The notes beneath the pieces are model-generated. The model was not told where the DNA came from and ran no database searches. It was given only the letters and a program-made list of their open reading frames with translations. This document shows, in pieces, positions 36,928 through 46,270 of a stretch of DNA of 64,000 bases. This DNA is from an uncultured Clostridia bacterium. Its GTDB lineage: Bacteria; Acidobacteriota; Aminicenantia; UBA2199. Both the position numbers and the translations under genes were made by a program. Numbering within the stretch: the stretch's first letter is position 1; each line of letters begins with the position of its first letter. Where the stretch lies: contig CAYXHZ010000002.1 of assembly GCA_964465065.1 (NCBI GenBank), positions 41,588 through 105,587 on the forward strand, written 5' to 3'.

Positions 36928-38403
36928 ATGACGGTTGCAAATGGAAAAAGACAAGGTGTCCTGCTCCGCGAGATCGGTTTCGTTTCCGCGGTCGCCTTCG
37001 CCATCGGTTCGGTGATCGGCTCGGGTATTTTCAAGAAGCCGGGCGTCATGGCCGCCCAACTGGGTTCCCCCCTGCTGCTGATTCTGGTCTGGGTGGTCGC
37101 CGGCGTCATGACCCTGTTCGGGACTCTGGCCATCGCCGAGATCGCCGGCATGTTCCACGAATCGGGCGGCCAGTACGTATACTTCAACAAGAGCTACAAC
37201 CGCTTCATCGGCTACATCTACGGCTGGGCCGTATTCTCCGTCATCCAGACGGGTTCGATCGCCTCCATCGCCTACGTGTTTTCCGATTCACTCGGTTATT
37301 TCATCAAATTTCCACGCTTCGGAGCGGCGCTGGAAGCCTTCACCATCCACATCCCCGCCCTGGGCGACATCACCCCGTTCAAATTCATCGGCCTCAAGGG
37401 CACGACCATCGCCCTGCTCGTTTTCCTGACCTGCATCAACTACCTGGGGGTGAAGCTGGGCAGCGCCGTCCAGGTGCTGTTCACCGGCCTCAAAATCGCC
37501 GCCATTCTGGCCATCGTGGTGCTGGCCTTCGCCATCGGCCACGGCGACCCGGCCAATTTCAGCCAGTCGACCATCGTCAGCGGCACACCGTTGTCCAGCG
37601 TGTTCATGGCCTTCATCGTGGCCATGGCCGGCGCCTTCTGGGCCTACGACGGCTGGATCAACATCACCTACGTGGCCGGCGAAATCAAAGATCCGCAGCG
37701 CAACATGCCCCGGACCATGGTAACGGCGGCCGTTATCTTCATCGCGATCTACATTCTGGTCAATCTCGCCTACTTCTATATCATTCCCGTCGATCAGATG
37801 GCGGCCAAATACCAGGCGGCCGAAGCCCAGGGCCAGCCCTACCTGGTAGCCACCGACGTCGCCTCGTCCTTTCTGGGCGGCTGGGGCGGCGCGGCGATCG
37901 CTGTCGCCATCATGATCTCCACCTTCGGCACCGTCAACGGCACCATCATGCTAGCGGCCCGCGTCAGCTACGCCATGGCCCGGGAAGGACTGTTTTTTCA
38001 AAGGCTGGGCGATGTCCACCCCCGCCACAACACCCCGGGGCCCTCGCTCGTCGTCCAGATGGTCTGGGCCTGTCTGCTGGTGCTCAGCGGCACCTTCGAC
38101 CAGCTGACCGACATGCTCATTTTCGTCTCCTGGATATTCTATGCCCTGGGCGCGCTGGGAACGATCGTATTGCGCCGCCGCATGCCCGATGCGCACCGTC
38201 CGTACCGGGTCTGGGGCTACCCCTGGGTTCCGATCGTCTTCATCGTTTTCGCCGGAGTCTACATCGTTTTCACGCTGTATTCGGATATCAGCGCCTTTCT
38301 GGACGGCCGGGCACCCTTGATCAATTCGCTGATGGGACTGTTCCTGGTGGCGCTGGGCATTCCCGGTTACCTGTACTGGAACCGGAAGAAAAAGACGGTA
38401 TGA
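36928..38403 (+). CDS. APC-superfamily amino acid/polyamine permease
   Basis: 491 aa; N-terminal GSVIGSGIF motif and 12 TM segments; candidate promoter TTGCTA-N18-TATAAT around 36865-36895. Confidence 0.8.
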   Translation: MTVANGKRQGVLLREIGFVSAVAFAIGSVIGSGIFKKPGVMAAQLGSPLLLILVWVVAGVMTLFGTLAIAEIAGMFHESGGQYVYFNKSYNRFIGYIYGWAVFSVIQTGSIASIAYVFSDSLGYFIKFPRFGAALEAFTIHIPALGDITPFKFIGLKGTTIALLVFLTCINYLGVKLGSAVQVLFTGLKIAAILAIVVLAFAIGHGDPANFSQSTIVSGTPLSSVFMAFIVAMAGAFWAYDGWINITYVAGEIKDPQRNMPRTMVTAAVIFIAIYILVNLAYFYIIPVDQMAAKYQAAEAQGQPYLVATDVASSFLGGWGGAAIAVAIMISTFGTVNGTIMLAARVSYAMAREGLFFQRLGDVHPRHNTPGPSLVVQMVWACLLVLSGTFDQLTDMLIFVSWIFYALGALGTIVLRRRMPDAHRPYRVWGYPWVPIVFIVFAGVYIVFTLYSDISAFLDGRAPLINSLMGLFLVALGIPGYLYWNRKKKTV

Positions 38404-38420
38404 CGCTTTTTATACGTCTC

Positions 38421-39083
38421 TCAGCGGCCTTTTCCACCGTCTGCGGTACGGCGGCTGCGTACGAATTCCCAGACGGCCGGAATCAGGGATACGCCGATGA
38501 TGGCAAAGATCACCAGAGAAAAATGCCGTTTGACGAAGGGAATGTTGCCGAAAAAGTGCCCGGCGAATAGAAACAGTGCCACCCAGGCGACGCCACCGAC
38601 GATGTTGTAGGCCAGAAAGCGGGAGTAGCTCATTTTGCCGATACCGGCCACAAAAGGGGCGAAGGTGCGCACTATCGGCACGAAACGGGCCAAGATGATC
38701 GTTTCCGCACCGTATTTCTCGTAGAACTGGTGGGTGCGATCCAGGTATTTTTTCTTGAAAAAGCGGGAGTCTTCGCGGCTGAAAACCTTGGGACCGACAA
38801 TTTTGCCGATCCAGTAGTTGACCGTGTCGCCCAAAACGGCGGCGGCGCTCAAGAGCAGAAACAGCCACAGCACCCGGATCGGACTGTCGGGCAGTGCGGT
38901 GACGGCGCCAGCGGCGAACAGCAGCGAATCGCCGGGCAGGAACGGGGTGACGACCAGTCCGGTTTCGCAGAAGATGATCAGGAACAGGATCATGTAGGTC
39001 CAGGCCTGGTACTGCGAAACCAGGACGGACAGATATTTGTCCAGGTGCATGACAACTTCGATCGCTTTGCGGATGGTCTCCAT
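38421..39083 (-). CDS. DedA/SNARE-associated family membrane protein
   Basis: FCETGLVVTPFLPGDSLLFAAGAV core motif of the DedA family. Confidence 0.8.
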   Translation of the reverse strand: METIRKAIEVVMHLDKYLSVLVSQYQAWTYMILFLIIFCETGLVVTPFLPGDSLLFAAGAVTALPDSPIRVLWLFLLLSAAAVLGDTVNYWIGKIVGPKVFSREDSRFFKKKYLDRTHQFYEKYGAETIILARFVPIVRTFAPFVAGIGKMSYSRFLAYNIVGGVAWVALFLFAGHFFGNIPFVKRHFSLVIFAIIGVSLIPAVWEFVRSRRTADGGKGR

Positions 39084-39150
39084 ATGTGTCCTCGACTAGC
39101 GGCGGATTTGAGAGCTGGTTATATTATATCGCCCAGATTCTGTCAAGCGG

Positions 39151-39897
39151 TTGAGGCGACTGCGGCAGCTGTGCTATCATGGCGGCATGAACCCTAACCA
39201 GCGCCTCCCTGTCTGCTTGTGTCTGGTTCTGCTCGCCGGAATCAGGCTGTCGGCTCATCACAGCTGGATTGTTTCCTCCCCTGCCGAAAATCGGCTGGAA
39301 ATCGGCCACGGGCACAGTTTCCCGATCAGCGAGCAGGCCATGAATCCCGAGCACATCCGGGTCAGCCTGTTCACAACCGACGGAACGGTGTTCCCGGCTG
39401 CGGCCAGCCGCAACGGCAAGTGCCTGACCGTGACGCTGCCGCCGGAATGCAAACAGCTGGGCGGCGCGATGTTCTGTGAAAATCCGCTCATCCTGAACCG
39501 GACTCCGCAGGGAATCAAAACCGGACCGATGGGTGAGCATCCGGGCGTCGCCGATTCGTTCCGCCGCCACCGCAGCGGAATTTTTCTCGGCGCCCCCGGT
39601 CTGACGATCGCAGCGGCGGCGGATCATATCCTGCTCAGCTGCAGTACCGAAGGGGCCGCTGTCGTTCTGCTATGTCAAATCGGGGACAGGCCGCTGGCCG
39701 GCGCCGAACTGACTGTCTGCGATCCGGACAACCATTCGGAAAGGGAATTGGGCCGAAGCGATGCGCACGGCAGGCTGCGCTTCAGTCCGATCCGACCGGG
39801 GCTGCACCTGTTCACCGCCAGCTGGACCCAAGCCAGCACCAGTCCTGACACCCAGCGGGAAGAATACCTGGCCACCCTGGTGATCCCGCTCCGCTGA
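39151..39897 (+). CDS. Secreted periplasmic protein associated with the ECF Ni/Co transporter (NikK/DUF4198-like)
   Basis: Signal peptide; directly precedes and abuts the CbiM/NikM-like gene (shared ATGA at 39897); alternative start at 39187 (MNPNQ). Confidence 0.5.
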   Translation: MRRLRQLCYHGGMNPNQRLPVCLCLVLLAGIRLSAHHSWIVSSPAENRLEIGHGHSFPISEQAMNPEHIRVSLFTTDGTVFPAAASRNGKCLTVTLPPECKQLGGAMFCENPLILNRTPQGIKTGPMGEHPGVADSFRRHRSGIFLGAPGLTIAAAADHILLSCSTEGAAVVLLCQIGDRPLAGAELTVCDPDNHSERELGRSDAHGRLRFSPIRPGLHLFTASWTQASTSPDTQREEYLATLVIPLR

Positions 39898-40475
39898 TGC
39901 ACCTCTCCGACGGCATCCTTCCAATCGGCGTCTGCCTGGGCGGTCACGCCCTGGCCCTGGGCGCCGTCGTACTCAGCAGCCGAAATCTGGAGGCCCGGGA
40001 GATCCCGCGCATGGGCATCTTTTCGGCCGCCCTGTTCTCCGTGTCCCTGCTGCACATTCCTTTGGGCGGCACATCGATCCACCCCGGCCTGTACGGCCTG
40101 ATCGGTCTCCTGCTGGGGAAAAGGTCCATTCCCGTCGTATACGTGACCCTCTTGTTCCAGAGCCTGATCTTTCAACACGGCGGACTGCTCAGCCTGGGAG
40201 CCAACAGTCTGCTGATCGCCAGCGGCGCCTTGTGCGGCTGGATGCTCTGGGACACGCTGCCATACAGGGAAGCGACCAAGGCGGCCGTCTCCGGTTTTGT
40301 CGGCGTCATTGTTCCGGCCGTGCTGGTCTCCGCCGTTCTGGCCGGCCTGGATTATGGCCGCGGCATGCTGTTTTTCATGCTGATCTACCTGCCGGCGGCA
40401 CTGGCGGAAGGAATCGTCACCCTGCTGATCATCCGTTTCTTTTTACGGGTACAGCCCGGAGTGCTCAAACGATGA
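39897..40475 (+). CDS. cbiM: ECF-transporter metal-binding S component, CbiM/NikM family (short form)
   Basis: N-terminal MHLSDGILP matches the metal-coordinating MH(I/L)xDG start of CbiM/NikM; 5-6 TM helices. Confidence 0.7.
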   Translation: MHLSDGILPIGVCLGGHALALGAVVLSSRNLEAREIPRMGIFSAALFSVSLLHIPLGGTSIHPGLYGLIGLLLGKRSIPVVYVTLLFQSLIFQHGGLLSLGANSLLIASGALCGWMLWDTLPYREATKAAVSGFVGVIVPAVLVSAVLAGLDYGRGMLFFMLIYLPAALAEGIVTLLIIRFFLRVQPGVLKR

Positions 40476-40900
40476 AAAAACTGTTTCTGGCCATTATGAT
40501 CCTGACTCTTCCCGCCGCCCTTGTCTACGGCCACGGTCTGCAGATCCAATTCGGTCACGACAGTCCGTACCTATGGATCCGGGCGGCCTACGACGGCGAT
40601 ATCGCTTTGCCATTCGCCCTGATCACCGTTCACGACCCGGACGGAGTGGAATTTCAGAACGGCCGCAGCGACCGCAACGGTTGTTTCTCCTTCCAACCGG
40701 ACCGGCGCGGCAAATGGAAGCTGACCGTAGACGACGAGATGGGGCATGTGCAGAAGCTGGAAATCGAACTGAGCCGGACCGACATCGCCCAGGCCCGAGT
40801 GGCGAAACGCACCGGTGCCTCGCCCTGGCTGCGCTGGCTGCTGGGAATCAGCCTCATCCTGCTGCTGAGCTCGGTGTTGTACATCTGGAAGAAACGTTGA
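40472..40900 (+). CDS. Small membrane-anchored periplasmic protein of the Ni/Co ECF cluster (CbiN/NikL-like role)
   Basis: ATG overlaps the cbiM stop (ATGA); N-terminal signal/TM and C-terminal TM (WLRWLLGISLILLLSSVLYIW). Confidence 0.5.
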   Translation: MKKLFLAIMILTLPAALVYGHGLQIQFGHDSPYLWIRAAYDGDIALPFALITVHDPDGVEFQNGRSDRNGCFSFQPDRRGKWKLTVDDEMGHVQKLEIELSRTDIAQARVAKRTGASPWLRWLLGISLILLLSSVLYIWKKR

Positions 40901-41649
40901 TGGTCGCCAATCTTTTCGCAAGCGCCTCGAACCGTAACCGATTGTCCCGCATCGACCCCCGGATCAAGCTCAGCGGCACCCTGTGCCTGCTCCTGCTCAT
41001 CACCGCCTCGCAACGCTATGCTCCCTTGGCTCCGCCAGCGCTATTGCTGCTGGCACTGATCGGCCTGTCGGGGCTGCCGCTGCGCCAGCATCTGCGTCAG
41101 CTCAGGATCATCCTGCCGTTCATGATCATGCTGGGTCTGCTTTTTCTGCTGTCCTTCTTTCTGCAGACCGGGACCATTTCCCCGCCGCAGTTTTTGGCCA
41201 GTCCCCTGGGCAATTCCTATCGCCACATTTTGGCCAAGAGCACCCTGGCCCTGCTGCTCTTAGGCCTGCTCATCCAGACCACTGCGCTCAACGACCTGCT
41301 CTGGGCCATGCGCCGCTTCAGAATACCCCGCATCGTCACCACCCTGTCCAACCTGACCCTGGTCTACCTGAACATCCTGAGCGGCGAAACCGAACGCATC
41401 GTCCGGGCCAGAAACAGCCGCCTGGTTGCCAAGAACCGCCATCCCCTGCAGGCCCTGGCCCAGATCGGCAGTTCGGTGTTTTTGCGCAGCTTCGCCCGTG
41501 CCGACCAGTTGTACAAGGCCATGCTGGCCCGCGGTTTTCACGGCGAATACCCGGATCTGCACCGGCACAGGATCGGCGTACGGGACAGTCTGGCCATCCT
41601 GACCGTACTGATCGTGACCGTCTCCTCGGGGCTGCTGTGGAACCGATAA
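40900..41649 (+). CDS. cbiQ: ECF transporter transmembrane T component (CbiQ family)
   Basis: ORF 40573..41649 with ATG at 40900 overlapping the upstream stop; multi-TM protein with the conserved ...RAR... region of EcfT/CbiQ (IVRARNSRLVA). Confidence 0.7.
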   Translation: MVANLFASASNRNRLSRIDPRIKLSGTLCLLLLITASQRYAPLAPPALLLLALIGLSGLPLRQHLRQLRIILPFMIMLGLLFLLSFFLQTGTISPPQFLASPLGNSYRHILAKSTLALLLLGLLIQTTALNDLLWAMRRFRIPRIVTTLSNLTLVYLNILSGETERIVRARNSRLVAKNRHPLQALAQIGSSVFLRSFARADQLYKAMLARGFHGEYPDLHRHRIGVRDSLAILTVLIVTVSSGLLWNR

Positions 41650-42392
41650 TCGCCATCAAAAACCTCAGTTTCACCTACCCTTGCGGTAAAAAAGTGCTCG
41701 ACGATATCTGCCTGGAAATCCGTCGTGGCGAAAAATTCGGCATCATCGGCGCTTCCGGAGCCGGAAAGTCGACTCTGATGCAGCACCTGAACGGCATCGT
41801 CCGCGGCCAGGGTGAAATCACCGTGGCCGGGAAACGTATCGGTCAGTGTCCGGCCGAGGAAATCCGCCGCCTGGTCGGCCTGGTCTTTCAGAATCCGGAA
41901 GACCAGCTCTTCTGCCCCAGCGTGTACGAAGACGTCGCCTTCGGCCTGATCAATCAGGGCCTAACCGGCGCCGAGCTGGAAAAGCGTGTAGATCGGGCTC
42001 TGAGCAGTTTGAACATCCTGAATTACCGGAACCTCTCTTCTCAGCACCTCTCCTTCGGGGAAAAGAAAAAAGTCGCTCTGGCCACCATCCTGGCCATGTC
42101 GCCGGAGATCGTCTGCCTCGATGAACCCTTCGCCAACCTGGACTACGCCACCGTCTTTCAATTGATCGACCTGATCGATACCCTGCCGCAGACCCGGATC
42201 ATCATCTCCCAGGAGATTCTGTTGAGCCTGACCATATGCGATCGTCTGGCGGTGATCCGGCAAGGCCGGATTCTGGTCGTGGCCCCGGCCGCGGAAATCG
42301 CCGCCGACCACGAACTGCTGCAACAGGCCGGACTGGATTACCGACCTTTTCTGGATCGGATCGCCCAGCTGCGCTCGGGCAGCCAAGCCTAG
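41637..42392 (+). CDS. cbiO: ECF transporter ATPase (CbiO family)
   Basis: GTG at 41637 overlapping the cbiQ end; Walker A GASGAGKST, signature LSFGEKKKV, Walker B IVCLDEP. Confidence 0.8.
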   Translation: MEPIIAIKNLSFTYPCGKKVLDDICLEIRRGEKFGIIGASGAGKSTLMQHLNGIVRGQGEITVAGKRIGQCPAEEIRRLVGLVFQNPEDQLFCPSVYEDVAFGLINQGLTGAELEKRVDRALSSLNILNYRNLSSQHLSFGEKKKVALATILAMSPEIVCLDEPFANLDYATVFQLIDLIDTLPQTRIIISQEILLSLTICDRLAVIRQGRILVVAPAAEIAADHELLQQAGLDYRPFLDRIAQLRSGSQA

Positions 42393-42910
42393 AAGTCGAT
42401 CCCGGAAACGGCAGCGATGCCCTTTCGATAGGCGTGCTTGATCTCGCGCAGCTCGCTGACGGTGTCGGCCAGGGCGATCATCGACTCCGAGGCGTTGCGG
42501 CCGGTGACCACCACATGGCTGGAGCCGCGCCGGGCCAGGTCGGCCAGCACGACCGCCTCGTCGAGCAGGCCGTAATGGAGCACGTAATTGAGCTCGTCGA
42601 GCACGATCAGATCGAACGGCGGCTGAGCCTGCATGAAGGCACGGACGGTCTGCCACAGCCTGACCGCGTTCTCCTGCTGGCGGCGGCGCTGGCTTTCATC
42701 CCGGAAGAAGCCGATATCGGCGCTGACCAGTTCTACCCGGTCGGCGAAACGTTCCCGGAACAGCATCCGTTCCGAGCTCTTCATTTCCCCCTTCATGAAC
42801 TGGATGAACGCCACCCGACCCCCGTTGCCCAGAGTCCGGACGACAGCGCCGATAGCGGCGCTGGTTTTGCCTTTGCCGTCACCGCTGTAGACGATCAACA
42901 ATCCCGCCAT
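42389..42910 (-). CDS. cobO: Cob(I)yrinic acid a,c-diamide adenosyltransferase (CobO/BtuR-type)
   Basis: 173 aa; P-loop-like YSGDGKGKTSAAIG and overall CobA/CobO pattern (VAFIQFMKG...IVLDELNYV...VVVTGRNA). Confidence 0.8.
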   Translation of the reverse strand: MAGLLIVYSGDGKGKTSAAIGAVVRTLGNGGRVAFIQFMKGEMKSSERMLFRERFADRVELVSADIGFFRDESQRRRQQENAVRLWQTVRAFMQAQPPFDLIVLDELNYVLHYGLLDEAVVLADLARRGSSHVVVTGRNASESMIALADTVSELREIKHAYRKGIAAVSGIDF

Positions 42911-42919
42911 ACCTTTCCC

Positions 42920-44293
42920 CTATTCCCAGATTTTACCCGGATTGAGCCGGTTGTGAGGATCGAATGCCGATTTGATCCGCTTCATCAGTTCCAGCTCCGG
43001 CGGGCTGAACTGCATGGACATGAAGGGCTTCTTGCTCAGACCGATGCCATGCTCCCCGGACAGGGTGCCGCCGACCGTCAGCACATGGGTGAAAATATCC
43101 TGCAGTAACAGTTCGGCCCGGGCCATTTCCTGATCGTCGGCCGGATCCACCATCAGGTTGGTGTGGATATTGCCGTCCCCGAAATGACCGAACAGGACCA
43201 GCATGATGCCGAGTTCCCGGGCCCGTTCATGGAAGTAACGGACCGTCTGCGGGATCAGCCAGGGCGGTACGGCCACGTCCTCGTTGATTTTTTTGGGTTT
43301 GAGCCTGGAAATCGCCGGTGAAATCGCCCGCCGCAGTTGCCAGAGTTTGTCCATTTCGGCGCTGTCGGCCGCCTGATGCACGGCGTAGACGGATGGACCG
43401 GACAGCACGGCCTCCAGCTGCCGTCTGCGTCGTTCGATTTCCCAGTCCTCGCCGTCGAGCTCGACCAGCAGCGAGGCACCCAGCCCGTCCGGCTGAACCA
43501 GTCCCAGGTATTGACTGGCCGCGCACAGGGAACTCTTATCCATGAACTCGAGGACCGATGGCGCCACTCCAGCCTGGACGATCTGCCGTAACAGGACGGC
43601 CGCATCTTCAAGCGTCGAAAAATCGATGCGCCACAGGTGGCGGGCGGGGGGCAGGCGGAGCAGGCGCAGGTGAATACGGGTGACGATGGCCAGCGTCCCC
43701 TCGGAACCGATCAGCAGGTCCTTGATATCGTAGCCGGCCACGTCCTTGAGCGACAGGGATCCGAAGCCGATCGGTGTACCGTCGATTAAAAATCCTTCGA
43801 GCCTTTGCACGTAGCGGCCGGTGACCCCGTATTTGAAACAGCGTGGGCCGCCGGCGTTTTCGGCCACGTTACCGCCGATGGTCGAATTTTTCAGGCTGGC
43901 CGGATCCGGAGGGTAGAAAAGACCGATTTCCTCGCAACGCCGGGCAAACTCGTAGGTGATCACACCGGGTTCGACCTGAGCGGTCATGGTCTGATCGTCG
44001 AGTTCCACGATCCGGTTCATGCGGGTGAAGGCCATGACGATGCCGCCCTGAACCGGCAGAGCGCCGCCGCTGTAGCCGACGCCGGCGCCGCGGGGGGTGA
44101 CCGGTAATCCGTACCGCTTGGCGATGTCCAGCACCGCCGCCACCTGCGCTTCCGTCTCCGGCAGCACCACCCACTGCGGCCAGTACTCCTGAGCAGTTGC
44201 ATCGTAACTGTAATTGAGGCGATGCAGGGGATCGGCAAAAAAATTCCCCTCGGGAACGCTTGCTTTCAATTCCTTGTCGATATTGGAGTCCAT
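42920..44293 (-). CDS. FAD-linked oxidase (GlcD / D-lactate dehydrogenase-like)
   Basis: ORF 42920..44410 with ATG at 44293 (MDSNIDKE); FAD-binding PCMH-type motifs (VTPRGAGVGYSGGALP; C-terminal GGTLSGEHGIG). Confidence 0.8.
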   Translation of the reverse strand: MDSNIDKELKASVPEGNFFADPLHRLNYSYDATAQEYWPQWVVLPETEAQVAAVLDIAKRYGLPVTPRGAGVGYSGGALPVQGGIVMAFTRMNRIVELDDQTMTAQVEPGVITYEFARRCEEIGLFYPPDPASLKNSTIGGNVAENAGGPRCFKYGVTGRYVQRLEGFLIDGTPIGFGSLSLKDVAGYDIKDLLIGSEGTLAIVTRIHLRLLRLPPARHLWRIDFSTLEDAAVLLRQIVQAGVAPSVLEFMDKSSLCAASQYLGLVQPDGLGASLLVELDGEDWEIERRRRQLEAVLSGPSVYAVHQAADSAEMDKLWQLRRAISPAISRLKPKKINEDVAVPPWLIPQTVRYFHERARELGIMLVLFGHFGDGNIHTNLMVDPADDQEMARAELLLQDIFTHVLTVGGTLSGEHGIGLSKKPFMSMQFSPPELELMKRIKSAFDPHNRLNPGKIWE

Positions 44294-44428
44294 CGCTTGG
44301 TCCGGTTTTGGCAGCGTAAAGCATTTGCGACGAAAAATCAATAGACTATCCGTATCCAGGCCATTTCCGACGATCAATTGACAAAGGCCGTTTGCTTCTA
44401 TACAATACAATTTGTTGGAATCAATAAC

Positions 44429-45205
44429 ATGGACGGATTTAAAAAGTTCATAACCAGTTACAAGAACGGTGAAGTGGTTTACCAGGCCGGTGACGAACAG
44501 ACGGCCTTTTACATCATCAATAAAGGTCGAGTATTGGTTCGCTCCGTCAACCCTCCCCGTGAACTGACCGTTCTGACCAAGGGGGATTTCTTCGGGGAAG
44601 AATCCCTCAAAGAAGACCAGAAGGCCATTCTGAACATCGAAGTGATCGAGGACGCCGACATCATCCGCATCCCCTACGCCGACCTGGTGGAGATGATGAA
44701 GAAAAGTCCCGATATTTCACACAAAATCCTTAAAAAGTTGGCCGACAAGCAGAACCGCATCACCGAAAGCCTGCTCAAGACCAGTGTCGCCGCCCCGCAA
44801 CCGGTCACCAAGGACAATCAGCCGGTCGAGGAACCCCCGCAGAACGGCAAGCCCGACGAGATCACTTCCGAAAAACTCGACCCCGCCATCAAGGCCTACC
44901 TGATCATCCAGCGTTCCAACCGTATCGTGCAGCTGATCAAGGCCAAAACCACCATCGGCCGGCGCGATTACACTACCGGTTTCGTACCCGACGTCGACCT
45001 GACCAAAGAGGATGAAGAGAAATACATCTCCCGCAAGCACGCCTCGGTGATCTACAGTGAAGGCCGGTTTTTCGTCATGGAGGAAACCGGGGCCATCAAC
45101 GGCACCTTCAAGAACGGCAACAAGCTGGAAACCGGCGTCAAATACGATTTGAACAACGAAGACGAGATTACCCTCTGTCACCTCAACGTCGCCTTCCGCT
45201 ACTGA
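44429..45205 (+). CDS. Cyclic-nucleotide-binding domain protein fused to a C-terminal FHA domain
   Basis: N-terminal cNMP/CAP fold (GEVVYQAGDEQTAFYIINKGRVLV...GDFFGEESL); C-terminal FHA-like region (TTIGRRDYTTGFVPDVDL...ISRKHASVIY...GAINGTFKNGNKL). Confidence 0.65.
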   Translation: MDGFKKFITSYKNGEVVYQAGDEQTAFYIINKGRVLVRSVNPPRELTVLTKGDFFGEESLKEDQKAILNIEVIEDADIIRIPYADLVEMMKKSPDISHKILKKLADKQNRITESLLKTSVAAPQPVTKDNQPVEEPPQNGKPDEITSEKLDPAIKAYLIIQRSNRIVQLIKAKTTIGRRDYTTGFVPDVDLTKEDEEKYISRKHASVIYSEGRFFVMEETGAINGTFKNGNKLETGVKYDLNNEDEITLCHLNVAFRY

Positions 45206-45223
45206 CCTTCTTCCCCCACCCGC

Positions 45224-45739
45224 TCAGCGGGCCTCGAAAAAATTCCACATGGCCCGGGCCCCGTGCGGATACTTTTCGGCCCATTCTTCCCGGGACATGG
45301 CTTGGTAATCGGCGTAATCGAAGCCCGGCGACATGGTCGTCCCGACCAGCGAGAAGCTGCCTGTCGGCCTGACACGGGCAGCCTGCCACAAACCACCCGG
45401 AACGAGGACCTGAGGCCGCATTTCCGCATGCAAAGCCGGTCCCAGGCTCTGGACACTGACCGTTCCGGTCCGATCCGCGATGAACAGTTCCAGGGGATCG
45501 CCCATGTAATGATGAAACATTTCCGGTCCGGGCAGGCGGTGCAGTTCGGTCGGATAGCCGGCCAGAACCAAAAAATATATGGCGGTGGCTGCAGACCTGG
45601 AGCGACCGTCGACAATGATTTGTTCCGGGCTGCGGTAGGTTTCCAGGAAATAGCCCCCTTCGCAGGGGTGCGGGGTCAAGCGTAATTCATCGATCAGCTG
45701 CCGGGCGGCGGGGGGAATCGGCCGGGTCGACTCGGTCAT
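45224..45739 (-). CDS. Cupin-domain protein (DUF985/cupin_5-like)
   Basis: ATG at 45739 (MTESTRPIP); LTPHPCEGGYFLETYRS is typical of the small cupin family. Confidence 0.6.
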   Translation of the reverse strand: MTESTRPIPPAARQLIDELRLTPHPCEGGYFLETYRSPEQIIVDGRSRSAATAIYFLVLAGYPTELHRLPGPEMFHHYMGDPLELFIADRTGTVSVQSLGPALHAEMRPQVLVPGGLWQAARVRPTGSFSLVGTTMSPGFDYADYQAMSREEWAEKYPHGARAMWNFFEAR

Positions 45740-46131
45740 CAAACCCAAAGCATCAGGGCCAGCGCCAGACCGAACAAGACCAGCGAAATCGGCCAAAAAC
45801 CGAAAAGAGGAAAAAAACGGGGCGGCACGGTGATCTTCTCGTACAGATCATGGTAATCGTCCGGTGCCGAAATCAAGGCCAGACCGCATTCCGAATAGCT
45901 CTCGAAAGGGAAAGTCCGTCTGACCCAGCGTACCAGCGCCTTGATGTTGATATCGCTCGCACCGCTTTTCAGGGTCAGATCGACCAGCTGCTGCGGTTTC
46001 AGATTCATGGCGGTCACCCTCATGCCGGAGAGGGAAAGGTCCTTGACCATGGCCATCTGTTCGTTGATCGTCACGATGGTGTTGACCGCATGCCGGTCTT
46101 CGCGACGGCGATTCTCCATCCCTTCTTTCAT
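45739..46131 (-). CDS. PilZ-domain protein with C-terminal transmembrane helix
   Basis: RRxxxR (ENRRREDRHAV) and D/NxSxxG (VKDLSLSGMRV) c-di-GMP-binding motifs; hydrophobic C-terminus FFPLFGFWPISLVLFGLALALMLWV. Confidence 0.7.
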   Translation of the reverse strand: MKEGMENRRREDRHAVNTIVTINEQMAMVKDLSLSGMRVTAMNLKPQQLVDLTLKSGASDINIKALVRWVRRTFPFESYSECGLALISAPDDYHDLYEKITVPPRFFPLFGFWPISLVLFGLALALMLWV

Positions 46132-46270
46132 CTTGAATCGAACTCCAAGCCGTAAAGTTCGTAATTATTGTAATCAGCTCATGAACAAAAAACAAGACCC
46201 TGTACCGATTTTTTGTAAAAATTTGCAAAAAATCGGTACAAATCGATGAAAATCTGAGCCAACGGCGCCA

